NCBI RefSeq assembly: GCF_001194135.2
Contig: NC_068983.1
Span: 36,252,027 to 36,316,026 of the forward strand
Origin: Octopus bimaculoides
Lineage: Eukaryota
Direction: 5' to 3'
DNA: 64,000 bases
Part shown: positions 1 through 11,790 of the stretch, piece after piece
Numbering within the stretch: position 1 is the stretch's first letter
Layout: each line of letters starts with the position of its first letter
Translations under genes and position numbers: made by a program
The notes under the pieces: model-generated
Database searches by the model: none
The model's input: only the letters and a program-made list of their open reading frames with translations
What the model was told of the DNA's origin: nothing

Positions 1-539
1 GAGAGAGAGAGGGGGGACCAGTCAAGCAGCACATCACGCTGTAATTCTTGGGCTGAGAAATCAACACTTAAAAGCCATAATTTTAAGGAGCGATAAGAAT
101 TTTTGAATAAAGGAAAATGGGTAGTGGTGGTGGGTAGGTACCGCCAGCGAGTAGAGAGGGCTCTTAATTGTAGATTTTAAATATTTGAGAGACAACAATA
201 TATATATATATATATACATACATATATACATACATATATACATACATATATATATATATATCTTAAAAGCACCCAGTCCACACTGTAAAGTGGTTGGTGT
301 TTGGAAGGGCATCCTGCTGTAAAAATCTTGCTAAAACTACCTCACCTGTGTTCGTGCCATGTAAAAAGCACTAAGTTAACTCTGCTGAGTGGTTGGTGTT
401 AGGAAGGGCATCCAGCTGTAAAAATCCTGCCAAAACAGTTACAGAAGTCTGGTGCAGGCTCTTGTCAAATCATACCACGCATGGAAGGTGGACGTTAAAC
501 AATGATGATGATGATGATATATATATATATATATATGAC

Positions 540-730
540 CCCTCTGTCTGGCATTCACCATGATAGATTGCTAGCCACTAAACCTTTTTAATTTTCTCTC
601 CTTGTTTATTTCTGTGTTCCTTTCTGTTGAAGAGCATAGGTTCAAAACGTAAAAGACTTTCTCACTTCCCAAGCATTAAACTAATATATCTGTTTGTTGT
701 TTACACACCCGTCTTTGTCTTTTGTTTTTT
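540..730 (+). mobile_element. Penelope-like 3' terminal repeat fragment with hammerhead-like motif (621-655)
   Basis: Reverse-complement homolog at about 62740-62950. Motif ttt-CTGTTGA-a-gagc[atag]gttc-AAAAC-GTA-aaag. Confidence 0.45.
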
Positions 731-1039
731 GGTAAATTTTCACTATATATATATATAAATATATCAAATCGTCCAACCCATGCTAGCATGGAAAGCGGAC
801 GTTAAACGATGATGATGATGATGATGATTAATATATATACAGATGTGCACATAATAGTAATCATTAGAAGTAAAAATACACAATAGCATGATGGAATATA
901 ATAACCTCTTTCAGCTAAATCAGTCAGTTGTTATACTGGAGTCTCCTTGGGCAACATGTTTATCAAAATTGCTACGTAACACTGATGTGTGTGTGTGTGT
1001 GTGTGTGTGTGTGTCTGTTTCTCTATCTACATCTAAGAA

Positions 1040-1500
1040 ACGAGTTCAGAATGATGAATGCATATTTGCCATCAATATGACAAGTACAGCTGAATGTATC
1101 GTGAAAATAAAGAGGAAATTCTGGGCATGGAAGCTAAGCCAAGAATCAAGAGGCCTTTTGCACAATGATGATGGTCTTAGTAAGCAAGAAAGAAGACAGG
1201 TCCCAGGTACCTTCCACTGAAATGGCCTTGTTCGATTTTCAGAAAAGTAGTAGGTATAAACTCCGTACACTGTATTGAAAGTGAACCATGGACACACTAA
1301 AGATGTAACCGAATCACAAGCAGACTATCAAGGAACATACTGCACTGGAGCAGTATGTTCAATGAACACTAAAGAAAGAAACTCCTTTGAATGCCTGGAT
1401 GGCTCACTAGAAATAATTGATAGATTTTGTTACCTAGGAGATGTAGTTATTAAGGAAGGTAGTTACTTCAAAATTCTGTCAATCGGAGTAAGAACAGCTA
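1040..1500 (+). mobile_element. RTE-clade LINE reverse transcriptase remnant
   Basis: KFWAWKLSQESRGL and LEIIDRFCYLGDVV match RTE RT motifs; multiple stops. Confidence 0.65.
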
Positions 1501-2879
1501 CAGGTAATGGTGCTATATAAAAACACTGGTGCTGGTACCACATAAAAAGGACTGGTGCTGGTGCCACGCAAAAAGGACTAGTGATGGTGCCACATGAAAA
1601 GGACTGGTGATGGTGCCATATAAAAAGTACCCAGCACACTCTGTAAAGTGGTTGGCATTAAGAAGTGCATCCAGCTGTAGAAACTAGGCCAAAACAGACT
1701 ATGGAACGTGGTGTGTCTCCTGGCCTTACCAGCTCCTGTAAAACCACCCAATGCCTGTGACTTAGTGGTTCATCAAAAGAAACCAATAAAATAAGTACCA
1801 GGCTCATAAAAAAAGAAAATAAGTGCTGGCATCGATTCATTCGACTAGAAAAGAAAATTGTTCAGGGTGGTGTTCCAGCATGGCCACAGTTGAATGACCG
1901 AAACAAGAAAAAGATAGAAGGTAAAATATTTTTGTCATAAGTTACCAATCTCTGATGTTCAAAACATAAAAATATATTACAGTGACCATTTTTCCTAACA
2001 AGAAGGAAAGAAAAAACCTCAAAAACAAAGCATAAACAAAGCATCTCCGGTCAAGCTGTTTCAACCAAAGCACTGAGAGTTACTGAGTGCATGCTGTACC
2101 TCTAAGCAGTTCTTTTGATATGTACATAAGTAATTCTGTCATTATTTCTTGTTAATCTCTAGTTAAAACTGTGTCAGATTACACAAGCTGCTTTTCTTGC
2201 TACCTTGAGGGTGAATCCGTTGCAATTATGAAAAGAAGAAAATGATTGAACTATTATCAAAGTTTGATCAACAACACAATATTTAGGTATACATAATTAA
2301 TTAATTAGCTGAAAAAAACAAAACAAAACAAACAAGCAGAGAAGAAGCATCAGGTGAGCTGAAATAGAATAGGAATGTTTTCTATGCACAACGTTAATTT
2401 TGTATGATAGGTAATTATTGAAAACTTGTTATTTAGTTTACATTGGTGTTTCTTTTTCCCTTTTTTTAATAAGTATTTTAATGTAAAAGTAACTTTACTT
2501 GTACACACAGTGTCACACACACATATAGATATCATTGTTGTTGCGGTTGTTGTCATCATCGTTGTCATCGTCGTCGTCATCGTTGTCGTCGTCGTCATCG
2601 TTGTCATTGTCATCGTCATCATCATCATCATCCTTTAATGTCTGTCTTTCATGCTGGTATTGGTTGGCCAGTTCAGCAGGAGCTGACAAGCTGGAGGGCT
2701 ACATCAGACTGTATTGTCTACTTTCACATGGTTTCTACTGCTGGATGCCATTCCTAATGCCAACCACTTTACAGTGTACTGGGTGCTTTATACATGGCCC
2801 TGGCATAGATGCTTTATATGTGGTACCAGCACCCACGAGCCTGCAAGAAAAATACCTCTTTAGCTGACAGAGAGACATG

Positions 2880-3560
2880 CCTATACATATGGATGGCCAT
2901 GATTTTACTTAGCTTGACATGTCTTCTCAAGTACAGCAAATTGCCAGAAGCCTTGGCCCCCTTGTCATCTCCTCAGCAATTAGAGATTGGTACTTCTTTA
3001 TGCAGCTGTCCTCATCTATATGCATCACATGATCACACCAGTACAGTATTTTCTCTTGCACAATACATCTGGTGCCTCTTATACCCAATTGTTCTCTTAA
3101 ATCATTTACACTCTGTTGTACTTGCACACAAATGTTAACCATCCGGTGGACATACTGGCTTCATTTTTTTCAAGACTTTGCATATCCCTAGTAGTCATAG
3201 CCCATGTCTCACTGCTATGTAGCTGCCTTTCACTCTGAGTGAGCTACACTTCCAGAACTATCTCTTCCAGTACTAACTTGGTCCCCTAGGTAATGAACTA
3301 TCTACTATTTCTAAAGATTCCACTGGGAATTTGAGGAAGTCTATTTTTCGTACATTCCTAGTGTTTATTGTACCTACACATCTGTCACATACAAACACTA
3401 CTTTCTCTGTTAATCTTTGTGTGATACCACTGCACCTCTAATGCATCCATAGCTTGCACTGGGTACACCATATGGAGTTTCTATCAACACCTTTTCTAGA
3501 TATTTTCTAGATATTGATCCCTGAAGGGATCAGTGATTAGTCTGTTTTTCTACTTGCTAG
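2880..3560 (-). mobile_element. RTE-clade LINE remnant
   Basis: LGIRGTRCIVQEKILYWCDHVMHIDEDSCIKKYQSL (RLRWYGHVMRM-like) and WCTQCKLWMH*RCSGI. Confidence 0.7.
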
Positions 3561-3639
3561 GATTTGGGCCTTTGCTAAATGTCCTTCTCTTTCTCTTTTC
3601 TACATCTCTCTCCATATATATCTATCATCCGAATTTGAT

Positions 3640-4033
3640 GACAGCACCACATGACTGGCATCCGTGCTAGTGGAGTACTAAGAGCACCAGCTGAGCATTA
3701 TCGTGGCCAGGGACGCTGCATGGCCCCCGTGCCGGTGGCACGTAAGGAGTACCATTTGAGCGTGATCCTTACCAGCATTGCCTTACTGGCACTTGTGCTG
3801 GTGGTATGTGGAAAACGCCATTTGAGCATGGCCGTTGCCAGTACCGCCTGACTGGCCCTCATGTTGGTGGCATGTAAAAGCACCCACTACACTCTCGGAG
3901 TGGTTGGCGTTAGGAAGGGCATCCAGCTGTAGAAACTCTGCCAGATCAGATTGGAGCCTGTTGCAGCCATCTGGCTCACTACTTCCCAGTCAAACCATCC
4001 AACCCATGCCAGCATAGAAAGCAGACGTCAAAC

Positions 4034-4073
<40 letters not shown>
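3640..4073 (+). mobile_element. (ATG)n-tailed interspersed repeat, probably an RTE-dependent SINE/LINE derivative; the most abundant family here
   Basis: Core gagtggttggcgttaggaagggcatccagctgtagaaactctgccagatcagattggagcc...gacgttaaacgatgatg. About 20 copies, e.g. 262-517, 1517-1720, 2530-2830(-), 10165-10495(-), 13110-13258(-), 15265-15600, 18324-18530(-), 18630-18830, 34635-34800, 37080-37460(-), 44345-44540, 52935-53150(-), 56700-56920(-), 61880-62090(-). Confidence 0.85.
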
Positions 4074-4110
<37 letters not shown>

Positions 4111-4179
4111 CAGTGAATCATAAATCCGAGAAAGAAGCATACTCTAAGTTATAGAGCAGTAGAGAATATAAAGATAGAT

Positions 4180-4900
4180 ATGGCCAGTCTATGGAGTTAC
4201 CCTGGGTTTCATGTCTATAAAGCATTTAGCTTTACAATATTTCTTCAGACACTAAACCTGTTGGCCTATGGCATCTCTAGCAAGTGGCCTTTCTAGAAAA
4301 TGGAGAAGGAAAAACTTTGTTACTCTGCCAACAACAAGGGATTGTCTCCCTTTGACTGCTATTTGTAATGAACTCTGTTGGTGTGTGAGTCCCTGGACGC
4401 CAGCAAGAATTTCCTGAAGTGCAAGCAAGGCCCAAAGACCTCCATCTGGGAGTTAAGGATGTTCCCCGGGTCAAGGAAGTCCTTTAATATCTTCATCTGT
4501 TTGGCTATGCACAGTTTACAATGCTTAGTCCCATTTATGTAGAGGCCTGGATTTTCTAGGATTTTCCATGATGTTACGTGGGGAGTTCCATCATCTTTCA
4601 GCTGCCATACATGGCTGGCTTAGAATGCAGTGTATCTCCTTTCCGAGATCCTGAAAGAGGATCTGTGGTTGGAGAGGCACTGTTTAAACATGTTACTGGA
4701 TCATCTGATGTATCTCCATGTGCAAGTGTTGGTGATGCTGTTTCTGCTGATGTTGATGCGGTTACTGCTGCTGTTGTTGGCGCTGGTGTTGGTGTTGACA
4801 TGAAGAGGGGAATTAGATGGTTAAAAGTCTGTTGAAGAGGTAGAGAGAAAGAGAGAAATATAAAGTGCTTAGCAGGGGGAAGTTTCAAAATCATGTAATA
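4180..4900 (-). mobile_element. LINE 5' region / endonuclease remnant (clade uncertain)
   Basis: Broken reading frames: a Thr/Ala-rich leader followed by APE-like residues (DFLDPGNIL...VFGPCLHF); many stops. Confidence 0.4.
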
Positions 4901-6321
4901 TATTATTGTGATTGGAAGTGAAATAAATTAACAAAATAAAAATAAAAATGCAAATTATCCCTTTTTTCTTAAATAGTTTCTCTTAATCTTTTTCATTTTA
5001 TGGAATTTCCATGGGTCCCACAAGTACAATTAATTGGAGTTTGAAAGTTTGTCTGAGGAAGGACGACTGGCTGGTTGAGTATAAAGATATGAACAGAGCA
5101 TCCAAAATAACAAGAATGATGATAACAATGATGATAGTGAGTGATGACATAGATATGAATGATGATAGGTCAAAAGAGATTGGGATGGCATGTCCTGTAG
5201 AGCTTCTGTACATAGCTCCTCATTAAGGCTTTCATTTTCAACATTGCTGGGTGTCCACTGTGGAATTCCTGCAATACTCGTTTCTGTAGTGCAGTTAGTA
5301 CTAGCACCCTTTGCACGTACATTAAAACATTGTCGCATAGTGAAAAATTATTTGAATTTGTATTTTTATTTTGCTTATTTGTCAATATTTCTTTCATTCT
5401 TGTAATGTAATTATTCTCTGCAGATTTCATTTTTATATGAGTACCAGCTTATTCGGATATATCATAAGTCAAATAACTCCAACTAGTTGGTACCAAACAG
5501 ATTGGTTGCGTTCGTTATGACGAAAACTTTCACCTTGCAAGATTTTCCTCGAAATGTGACATCATTTCACATTTTGCCTACAAAGTGTAGTTTGTCCCTT
5601 GTTACGCCACATGCAGTTTTCACTGTTTTTTCTTAACATAGGTTTCCCTATTTTCTTCCATGTGTTGGTGTTAATGATTGAAATGTCACTACCATTATCC
5701 AGTTGTAATTTAATATTTACTCCGTTTACTTTTATATGTTCAAATTTCCTTATTTGGGAATCAATTTTACTTTCTGCTGAGAGCACTTTGGAATTTTTTA
5801 CATTTGACCTTCATGCTTTTGTTTTGCAGTGTGAACTCTTCTGTCCAAATTTTTGACAACTATAACATTTTTAGCTTTTAAAAGGACAAACTTTTCTGAA
5901 ATGTAGGCCTTCACATCCACAACATGGATTAGGACCTAGCAATCTTCTTTGGTTATACTTTCTTGGTTGACATATCTGTATTTTTGTGAAATCCTTTTCT
6001 TGAATTTTTCCTACATCATGTTCCAGGTTTACCATCCTTTGACATTCTTCTGCAACAGTCTGCAGGGTTAAATCTTGGTTCGCTTGTTCAAGTTTTGAAA
6101 GAATTCTTGCCTGTATCTTCATTTGCTGTAAGGCCTTGTAAAAAAATGAGGCACTTAAACATCTCAGGAGTAAGTTCTTTAAGTTTAAAACATTCACACA
6201 TTCTGTTGACTGTTCGCATATGTAATAAAGTCATCATCCTCTTTTTTAGCTAAATTCCAACACTTCATTCGAGTGTTAAAGAGAGAAATTTTATCACCAA
6301 ACGTTACACAGTAATTTGATT

Positions 6322-6508
6322 CAGTTCTATATTTAAGAGATGAGGAATTATGTACTTTATTTACATTATTTACATTTGACAGATATTTGTCCTCATCTTG
6401 TTTGTTGTTAACGCAATGTTTCGGCTGATACACCCATGGGCATATGGCTTTGTGGTTAAGAGCACGGGCTACTAACCCCAAGATTCCAAATTCGATTCCA
6501 AGCAGTGA

Positions 6509-6567
<59 letters not shown>

Positions 6568-6602
6568 GTAATAATAATAATAACAACAACAACAACAACA
6601 AC

Positions 6603-6640
<38 letters not shown>

Positions 6641-6792
6641 CAACATCAAAAAATACCTTAGGAATGAGAACCCGGGTTCGAAATTTGCCCAAGACACCTG
6701 ATGAAGGCTGGAGGGTATATCAGCCGAAAATGTGTTAACAACAAACAAGATGAAGACAAATATCCGTCAAATGTAAATAATGTAAATAAAGC
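6322..6792 (+). mobile_element. Composite non-autonomous element: inverted tail + tRNA-like head + (AAT/AAC)n + hammerhead-bearing tail
   Basis: Flanked by direct repeat aatttgatt (6313-6321, 6793-6801), interrupting the gypsy gag. 6322-6436 is the reverse complement of the tail at 6712-6790. A-box-like TGGCTTTGTGG and B-box-like TTCGATTCC lie in 6440-6505. Confidence 0.65.
6692..6736 (+). ncRNA. Degenerate minimal hammerhead motif
   Basis: gacac-CTGATGA-a-ggctg[gagggtatat]cagcc-GAAA-at-gtgtt. The core and stem II are intact, but the C/GUH segment is partly deleted. Confidence 0.55.
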
Positions 6793-7225
6793 AATTTGAT
6801 TGTTTCCTGAAAACAAATTTCACTAGATTTTTTTTGGTAAACAGCATTGTTCATGCTTAGATGGAGCTAATTTACATAATGATAACCTTACTTTTTCTTT
6901 GTGCGACCATGTCTTGTAATCTTCCTTCTCATACCTTCTGTAGTACGATGCAAAAGTTATACCCTCCTCTGGGTTATAACTGAATTCATTAGTTGAGTTC
7001 AATATACCGTCTGGCAAAAATGAATTTACCTTATTTTTGGACTTCTTTGAATATAGCTCCAATAATTGTTTGTTGTTGTAGTTGATGCTGTACCAGTTGC
7101 TTTTGCAACACCTGTTGCTGTTCTTGTTGTTGCTTTTGCTATTGTATTATAGAAGCTAATAGGTCTTCCATCATTTAACAAGTATCATGAACAAATTGTT
7201 AAATAACCTATGTGGGCTTCGAAAC

Positions 7226-7236
7226 CCTCATCACCA
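7226..7236 (-). promoter_or_regulatory. Primer-binding site, tRNA-Ser(GCU)-like
   Basis: TGGTGATGAGG equals TGGCGACGAGG (complement of the eukaryotic tRNA-Ser(GCU) 3' end, from memory) with two CpG-to-TpG changes, followed by TTCGAAGCCCAC. Confidence 0.5.
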
Positions 7237-7312
7237 GATATTGTATCCATCATCTCCAGTGTCATGGTACCACCAAGATATTGCGATGGATGGTTTAAAT
7301 ACACTGTACCAG

Positions 7313-7540
7313 TGTTGTAACAGTAAACAAGATAATGATGCAGTTGTAATAATAATGTAATGATCCAACAATCTCTTCATGAATCAACTTTCTAAACAAA
7401 CTAACCAACTGACACCTTCTGACTTCACTGCGAACTCAACTCAAACTAACACAACTTCACTCTCTCTGCTACTATTTATAATCGCTTGGTTCAGTCTATT
7501 CCTTGCAAGGGGGGGGGATGCTGTGACTCTCATCACAACA
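7313..7540 (-). repeat. Candidate 5' LTR of the gypsy element
   Basis: Minus-strand TGTTG...CAACA termini and an internal TATAAATA, upstream of gag. No partner 3' LTR found. Confidence 0.45.
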
Positions 7541-8599
7541 TAAGGAGAATTATACACCTATACAGATTTTATTATTACAATCATTTATGCAGTATATTCT
7601 CTTTAAACCTCTGTCCAACATATTTTTCTGCTGCATGGATATTTTGCTATGTGGTATTTATTTGCATCCTGTTGGTTCAGCTGCATTCTGATTTCATCAT
7701 GGTTAAAAATGTATCCATGCAGATTTATTCAAGTTGATGCTGCAATTAAAGTTTGAAGTGAACTGGAGTATAATGGCTTTGACACTCTTCTATTTTTGGT
7801 AGGGACAATTAATGTTGAGTGCAAGGAATATGAATGATGGTAGGAGAAAATCAGATATGGCTATAAAATCCATAATCAGTTCGATCCTAGGATGACCCCA
7901 GGGTTTAGATATAGAATCATGATTACCAAGAATTAAACTAGGTTAGAGTATATTTCATCCATTAACCTTAAGTAAAATAAATAGGGATACTTTTTGCAAG
8001 AGATTAAGGGTCAATAAGTCAAATAAATTAAAAAATATAAGATACACAGAATTTACTTGTAAGGGCTATAACAGGAGTCTTGGGATACATAACAGACCCA
8101 AGGAAGTGTGTGGTATGCATGGATATCCCTTGTGATGTACAAATATCACATCATTCCATTTAATAGTCACTGTTCAACGGTCATGATAACACTTCAATTT
8201 ATGTTACATTGACAAATCCTTTTATCAATGAATCTTTCATTAATGCTTTTTATTCAATAATTCATCATTAGCTATTTAGTTGCCATGACATAGCTTTAAA
8301 GTATAACGACCAGCTGGTGTTGTGGTCTTTGTTGTTTAACTACTGATCACACCTGAATTAATTAGCAGATCTATAATCTAATCAAAGGCTTTCCAGCCAT
8401 GTCTCCTACATCCTTCTCATGGGCAGGTTCTTTTTCAGAGATGACAGGGATTGAAAATAATATTAAAGACATCGTGCATGCGCCTATATTTATTTTCAAG
8501 TACAGAGAGACAACAGGGGAAACACCATTAGTAGAAGAGGTTGAGAAGGTGAAAGAGGGGAGTAAAGTGTAGTGTTGGAAAGAAACAGGGGACACTAAG

Positions 8600-9110
8600 C
8601 TTAGAGAAATTAAGAGAAGTTAATATAGGTATGAGTTAAGATGGGAACTACTGGTGGTGTATGGTTTGTGTATAGCTTTGTTGCTAGTTCTTGGGTTACG
8701 TATAACATAACATATGTGAGTGCTTTCTGATCTATAATCCTTCATCAGATGTTCAATGGTGATTTTTTGCTGGTATTGGTTAAAGGCCCTGGAGTCAGTA
8801 TATGAATTTCCAACCATCAAGTTCCTTCCAGTGGTTGAGGTTGGGTGCCCTCTTTTTGATGAAATGTGCTTCCTTTATTCAAAAATTGACTGTATCCATT
8901 CCTGTCGCCAGTATACAGGTGGAGAAATCCTCATCACAGTGCTAGTGGTGTTGGAATATAGTGCTGGGTGGTGTGGCCTTGTGGAGGTGTTCCTTCACAC
9001 TGATGTAGATTTCCCCACAAGAACAGGTCATCTCATTTATCACATGAGTTTCAAAACATAGCTGGAGGCTGTACATTGGCTGTTTTGCTTTTTATGGGAC
9101 ACTGGTTCAG
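8600..9110 (-). mobile_element. Penelope-like element remnant (GIY-YIG C-terminus)
   Basis: Minus-strand reading CSCGEIYI...FSTCILATGMDTVNFRIKEAHFIKKRAPNLNHW, followed by a CTGATGA-a-ggat[tatag]atca-GAAA motif at 8748-8724. Confidence 0.65.
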
Positions 9111-9699
9111 ACAGCATGTGTCCTGTATGCTGTTATTGCCATCACCCCCTTCCTTCCTTATTCATCTATCATTTCTTCCTTTCTCATTCATATGTTGTGA
9201 CGGAGAAATACACAAGAGTATTATTATAGTAGATAATAATGGTCTTATTGAATACATTACTCAAGTGTCCTACAACTCACTGGAAAGGATAAAAGAAGGG
9301 ACAGAAAGCAAAAATAAATCAAAGAAAGACAGAAAAAATAGCCAAAAATACATGCAGAGTATAGAGGAAAAGAGAGAAAAAGACAGAAAAGTGAACAGTA
9401 AAAGAGTCATGGAGAAGAATGGGTGTATAGGTATGTGGTGCTGTAGTTATGGTAGATTTTAGGAATCATGGGATTGTTGAAGGATGCAGCGTTGTGATAG
9501 CTAACAAATGATGTTGGTAGTTTATTCCATGCTTTGACAAATCTGAGTGTGAAAAAAATGTTTCCAGACGTCATGAGTGTGTCATTCTAAGAATGCATCA
9601 AATGTCTAACTGTATTCATTGAAATATTTATAATTCACATGAAATATTTGAAGAAATGGCCATGATCATAATGTTTTTGTTCTGAATTGCAGATAACCA

Positions 9700-9738
<39 letters not shown>

Positions 9739-9807
9739 TATATATATAACAGTATCACGGTGATTCCTTCTGATAAGGGGCCTCTACAGAAAGGCCCCAG
9801 CACAAGA

Positions 9808-9963
9808 ATGGACCTGCTATGTAGCAAGTTATTGAAACTTGGTATTCTGCAAACATTACTCAGCCTCAGTTGTACTGTTATGGCCAGTGTTTGTCTAGAC
9901 TACCTAAAAAACCAACATGTGCTTGCTGCACTTGCTGGAGGCGCCCTCTTTTGCTCTTTTTGT
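9808..9963 (+). CDS. Orphan four-pass membrane protein, coding exon 1 (MDLLCSKLLKLGILQTLLSLSCTVMASVCLDYLKNQHVLAALAGGALFCSFC)
   Basis: ATG in strong context (agaATGg), two hydrophobic stretches, donor TGT|GTAAGT. A strong upstream acceptor (ttttgttctgaattgcAG, exon start 9693) suggests a preceding 5' UTR portion. Confidence 0.75.
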
Positions 9964-10555
9964 GTAAGTATTGAGAAATTCATTTTCTGAACATTTTAAA
10001 CAAAAGTGATTTTATTCTACCAAACAAATGACCTAACTTTTGCTTTTACAACTTTATTTTTATTATTACTTTACATTTTGAGTTCAAATTCAGCTGTGCT
10101 TGACTTTGTTTTTCACCTTTTCAACATCAATGAAATGAATTCCAGTTACTTACTTCATCATCATCGTTTAACATCCGCTTTCCATGCTAGCATGGGTTGG
10201 ACGATTTGACTGAGGACCAGTGAACCAGATGGCTGCACCAGGCTCCAATCTGATATGGTAGTGTTTCTACAGCTGGATGCCCTTCCTAACGCCAACCACT
10301 CAGAGAATGTAGTGGGTTCTTTTACGTGCCACCGGCACGAAGGCCAGTCAGGAGGTACTGGCAATGGCCACACTTGACATGGTGTATTGTACGTGACACC
10401 TGCACAGGAGCCAGTCTAGTGGTACTGGCAACGAACTCGCTCGAATGTCTTTTCACGTGCCACTGGCACAAGTGCCAGGAAGGCGATGTTTGGCTCTATG
10501 TAATTGACTTACCCTCTTGCCCCCAAATTTCTGGCCTCATGCCTACAGTAGAAAG

Positions 10556-10598
10556 GATTCTTCTTCTTCTTCTTCTTCTTCTTCTTCTTCTTCTTCTT

Positions 10599-10674
<76 letters not shown>
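10556..10674 (+). repeat. (CTT)n(ATT)n compound microsatellite
   Basis: Direct reading; explains the poly-L/I and poly-K/N ORFs. Confidence 0.95.
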
Positions 10675-10675
<1 letters not shown>

Positions 10676-11166
10676 GGCGATGAGCTGGCAGAATAGTTAG
10701 CATGCTGGACGAAATGCTTAGTGCTATTTCGCCTGTCGCTACTTTCTAAGTTCAAATTCCGCCAGGGTCGACTTTGCCTTTCATCCTTTGGGGTCAATAA
10801 AATAAGTACCAGTTGAACACAGGGGTTGATGTGATCGACTCAATAATAGTATTATTAGACTGATTTCTAATATTGACTTTAAACCATAAATTTGGTGTGC
10901 TTTTTAGGGTTGCAGTGCAGAGTGATAATAATTCTCTCTAATTTTGGCTTGAGACCAGCAATTTTTAGAGGAAGGGGTCAAGTTGATATTAATAATCAAT
11001 ATATCTACAATCAGCACACCAGTACACTAGCACTTTATTGGCTTTGGAGGTATAAAGGAGAAAGTCGACCTCAGCGAGATTTGAACTCAGAATGTAAAGA
11101 AATGTCATTAAGCATTTTGTTTGACATACTAATGATTCTACCACCTCATTGCCTGAGTGGAAGGAG

Positions 11167-11198
<32 letters not shown>

Positions 11199-11439
11199 TA
11201 TTATTATTATTATTTCCATTCTAGGCACAAGGCCTTGAAAAGCTCTTGGAGGAAGGGGGCTAGTTGATTAAATCGACCCCAGTATGTAACTGGTACTTAT
11301 TTCATCGACCCTGAAAGGAAGAAAGGCAAAGTTGACCTTGGCGGAATTTGAACTCAGAATGCAGCAGCAGACAAAATACTGCTAAGCATTTCACCTGGTG
11401 TGCTAACAATTCTGCCAAATAATAATAATAATAATGATA

Positions 11440-11790
11440 AATGATTATAGATAAGGAAAAGTGAAGCTGCTTATTTATCAACCCATCATGTCTGTTTGAT
11501 TCCAGGATCGTAAAGAAAGAGGATGGAAAACAAAAATACAATCCCTCAAAACTTGAAATAGGAAGAACAGTAAAGGTCGCACTTGTAATAATTGGTGCAT
11601 TGGGAACAGTAAGCAATGATATACAGAAATGGCTGAAGGAGATTCAAATAGAATGTCTGTGTCTGGTAGAGCTGCTACAGAAAGTTTGTCTCTTAGGGAC
11701 AGGAAGGATTATCAGGAGGATTCTAAGCTCTTGAAAGACAGCTGAAAACTTGTAGATACTTAAGGTTACAGGTAGTAACCCACTGTCCAC
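11440..11790 (+). mobile_element. R4/Dong-like non-LTR element, restriction-like endonuclease C-terminus
   Basis: VALVIIGALGTVSNDIQKWLKEIQIEC...LLQKVCLLGTGRIIRRIL, the typical IGALG...QK..LLGT end of R4-type ORFs. Confidence 0.65.

Larger units (their letters stand above)
5170..7236 (-). mobile_element. Degenerate, internally deleted Ty3/Gypsy element (K02A2.6-like/Mag-type gag, protease, integrase zinc-binding domain)
   Basis: Gag FSYNPEEGITFASYYRRYE and FGDKISLFNTRMKC; zinc knuckle CCGCEGLHFRKVC; aspartic protease IKLQLDNGSDISII; H2C2 region VLQEFHSGHPAMLKMKALMRSYV. Frameshifts and stops present; no RT/RNase H seen. Confidence 0.85.

Noticed and set aside
4598-4894. Mucin-like Thr/Ala-rich ORF
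   Set aside because: No splice signals or signal peptide; continuous with broken LINE-like frames.
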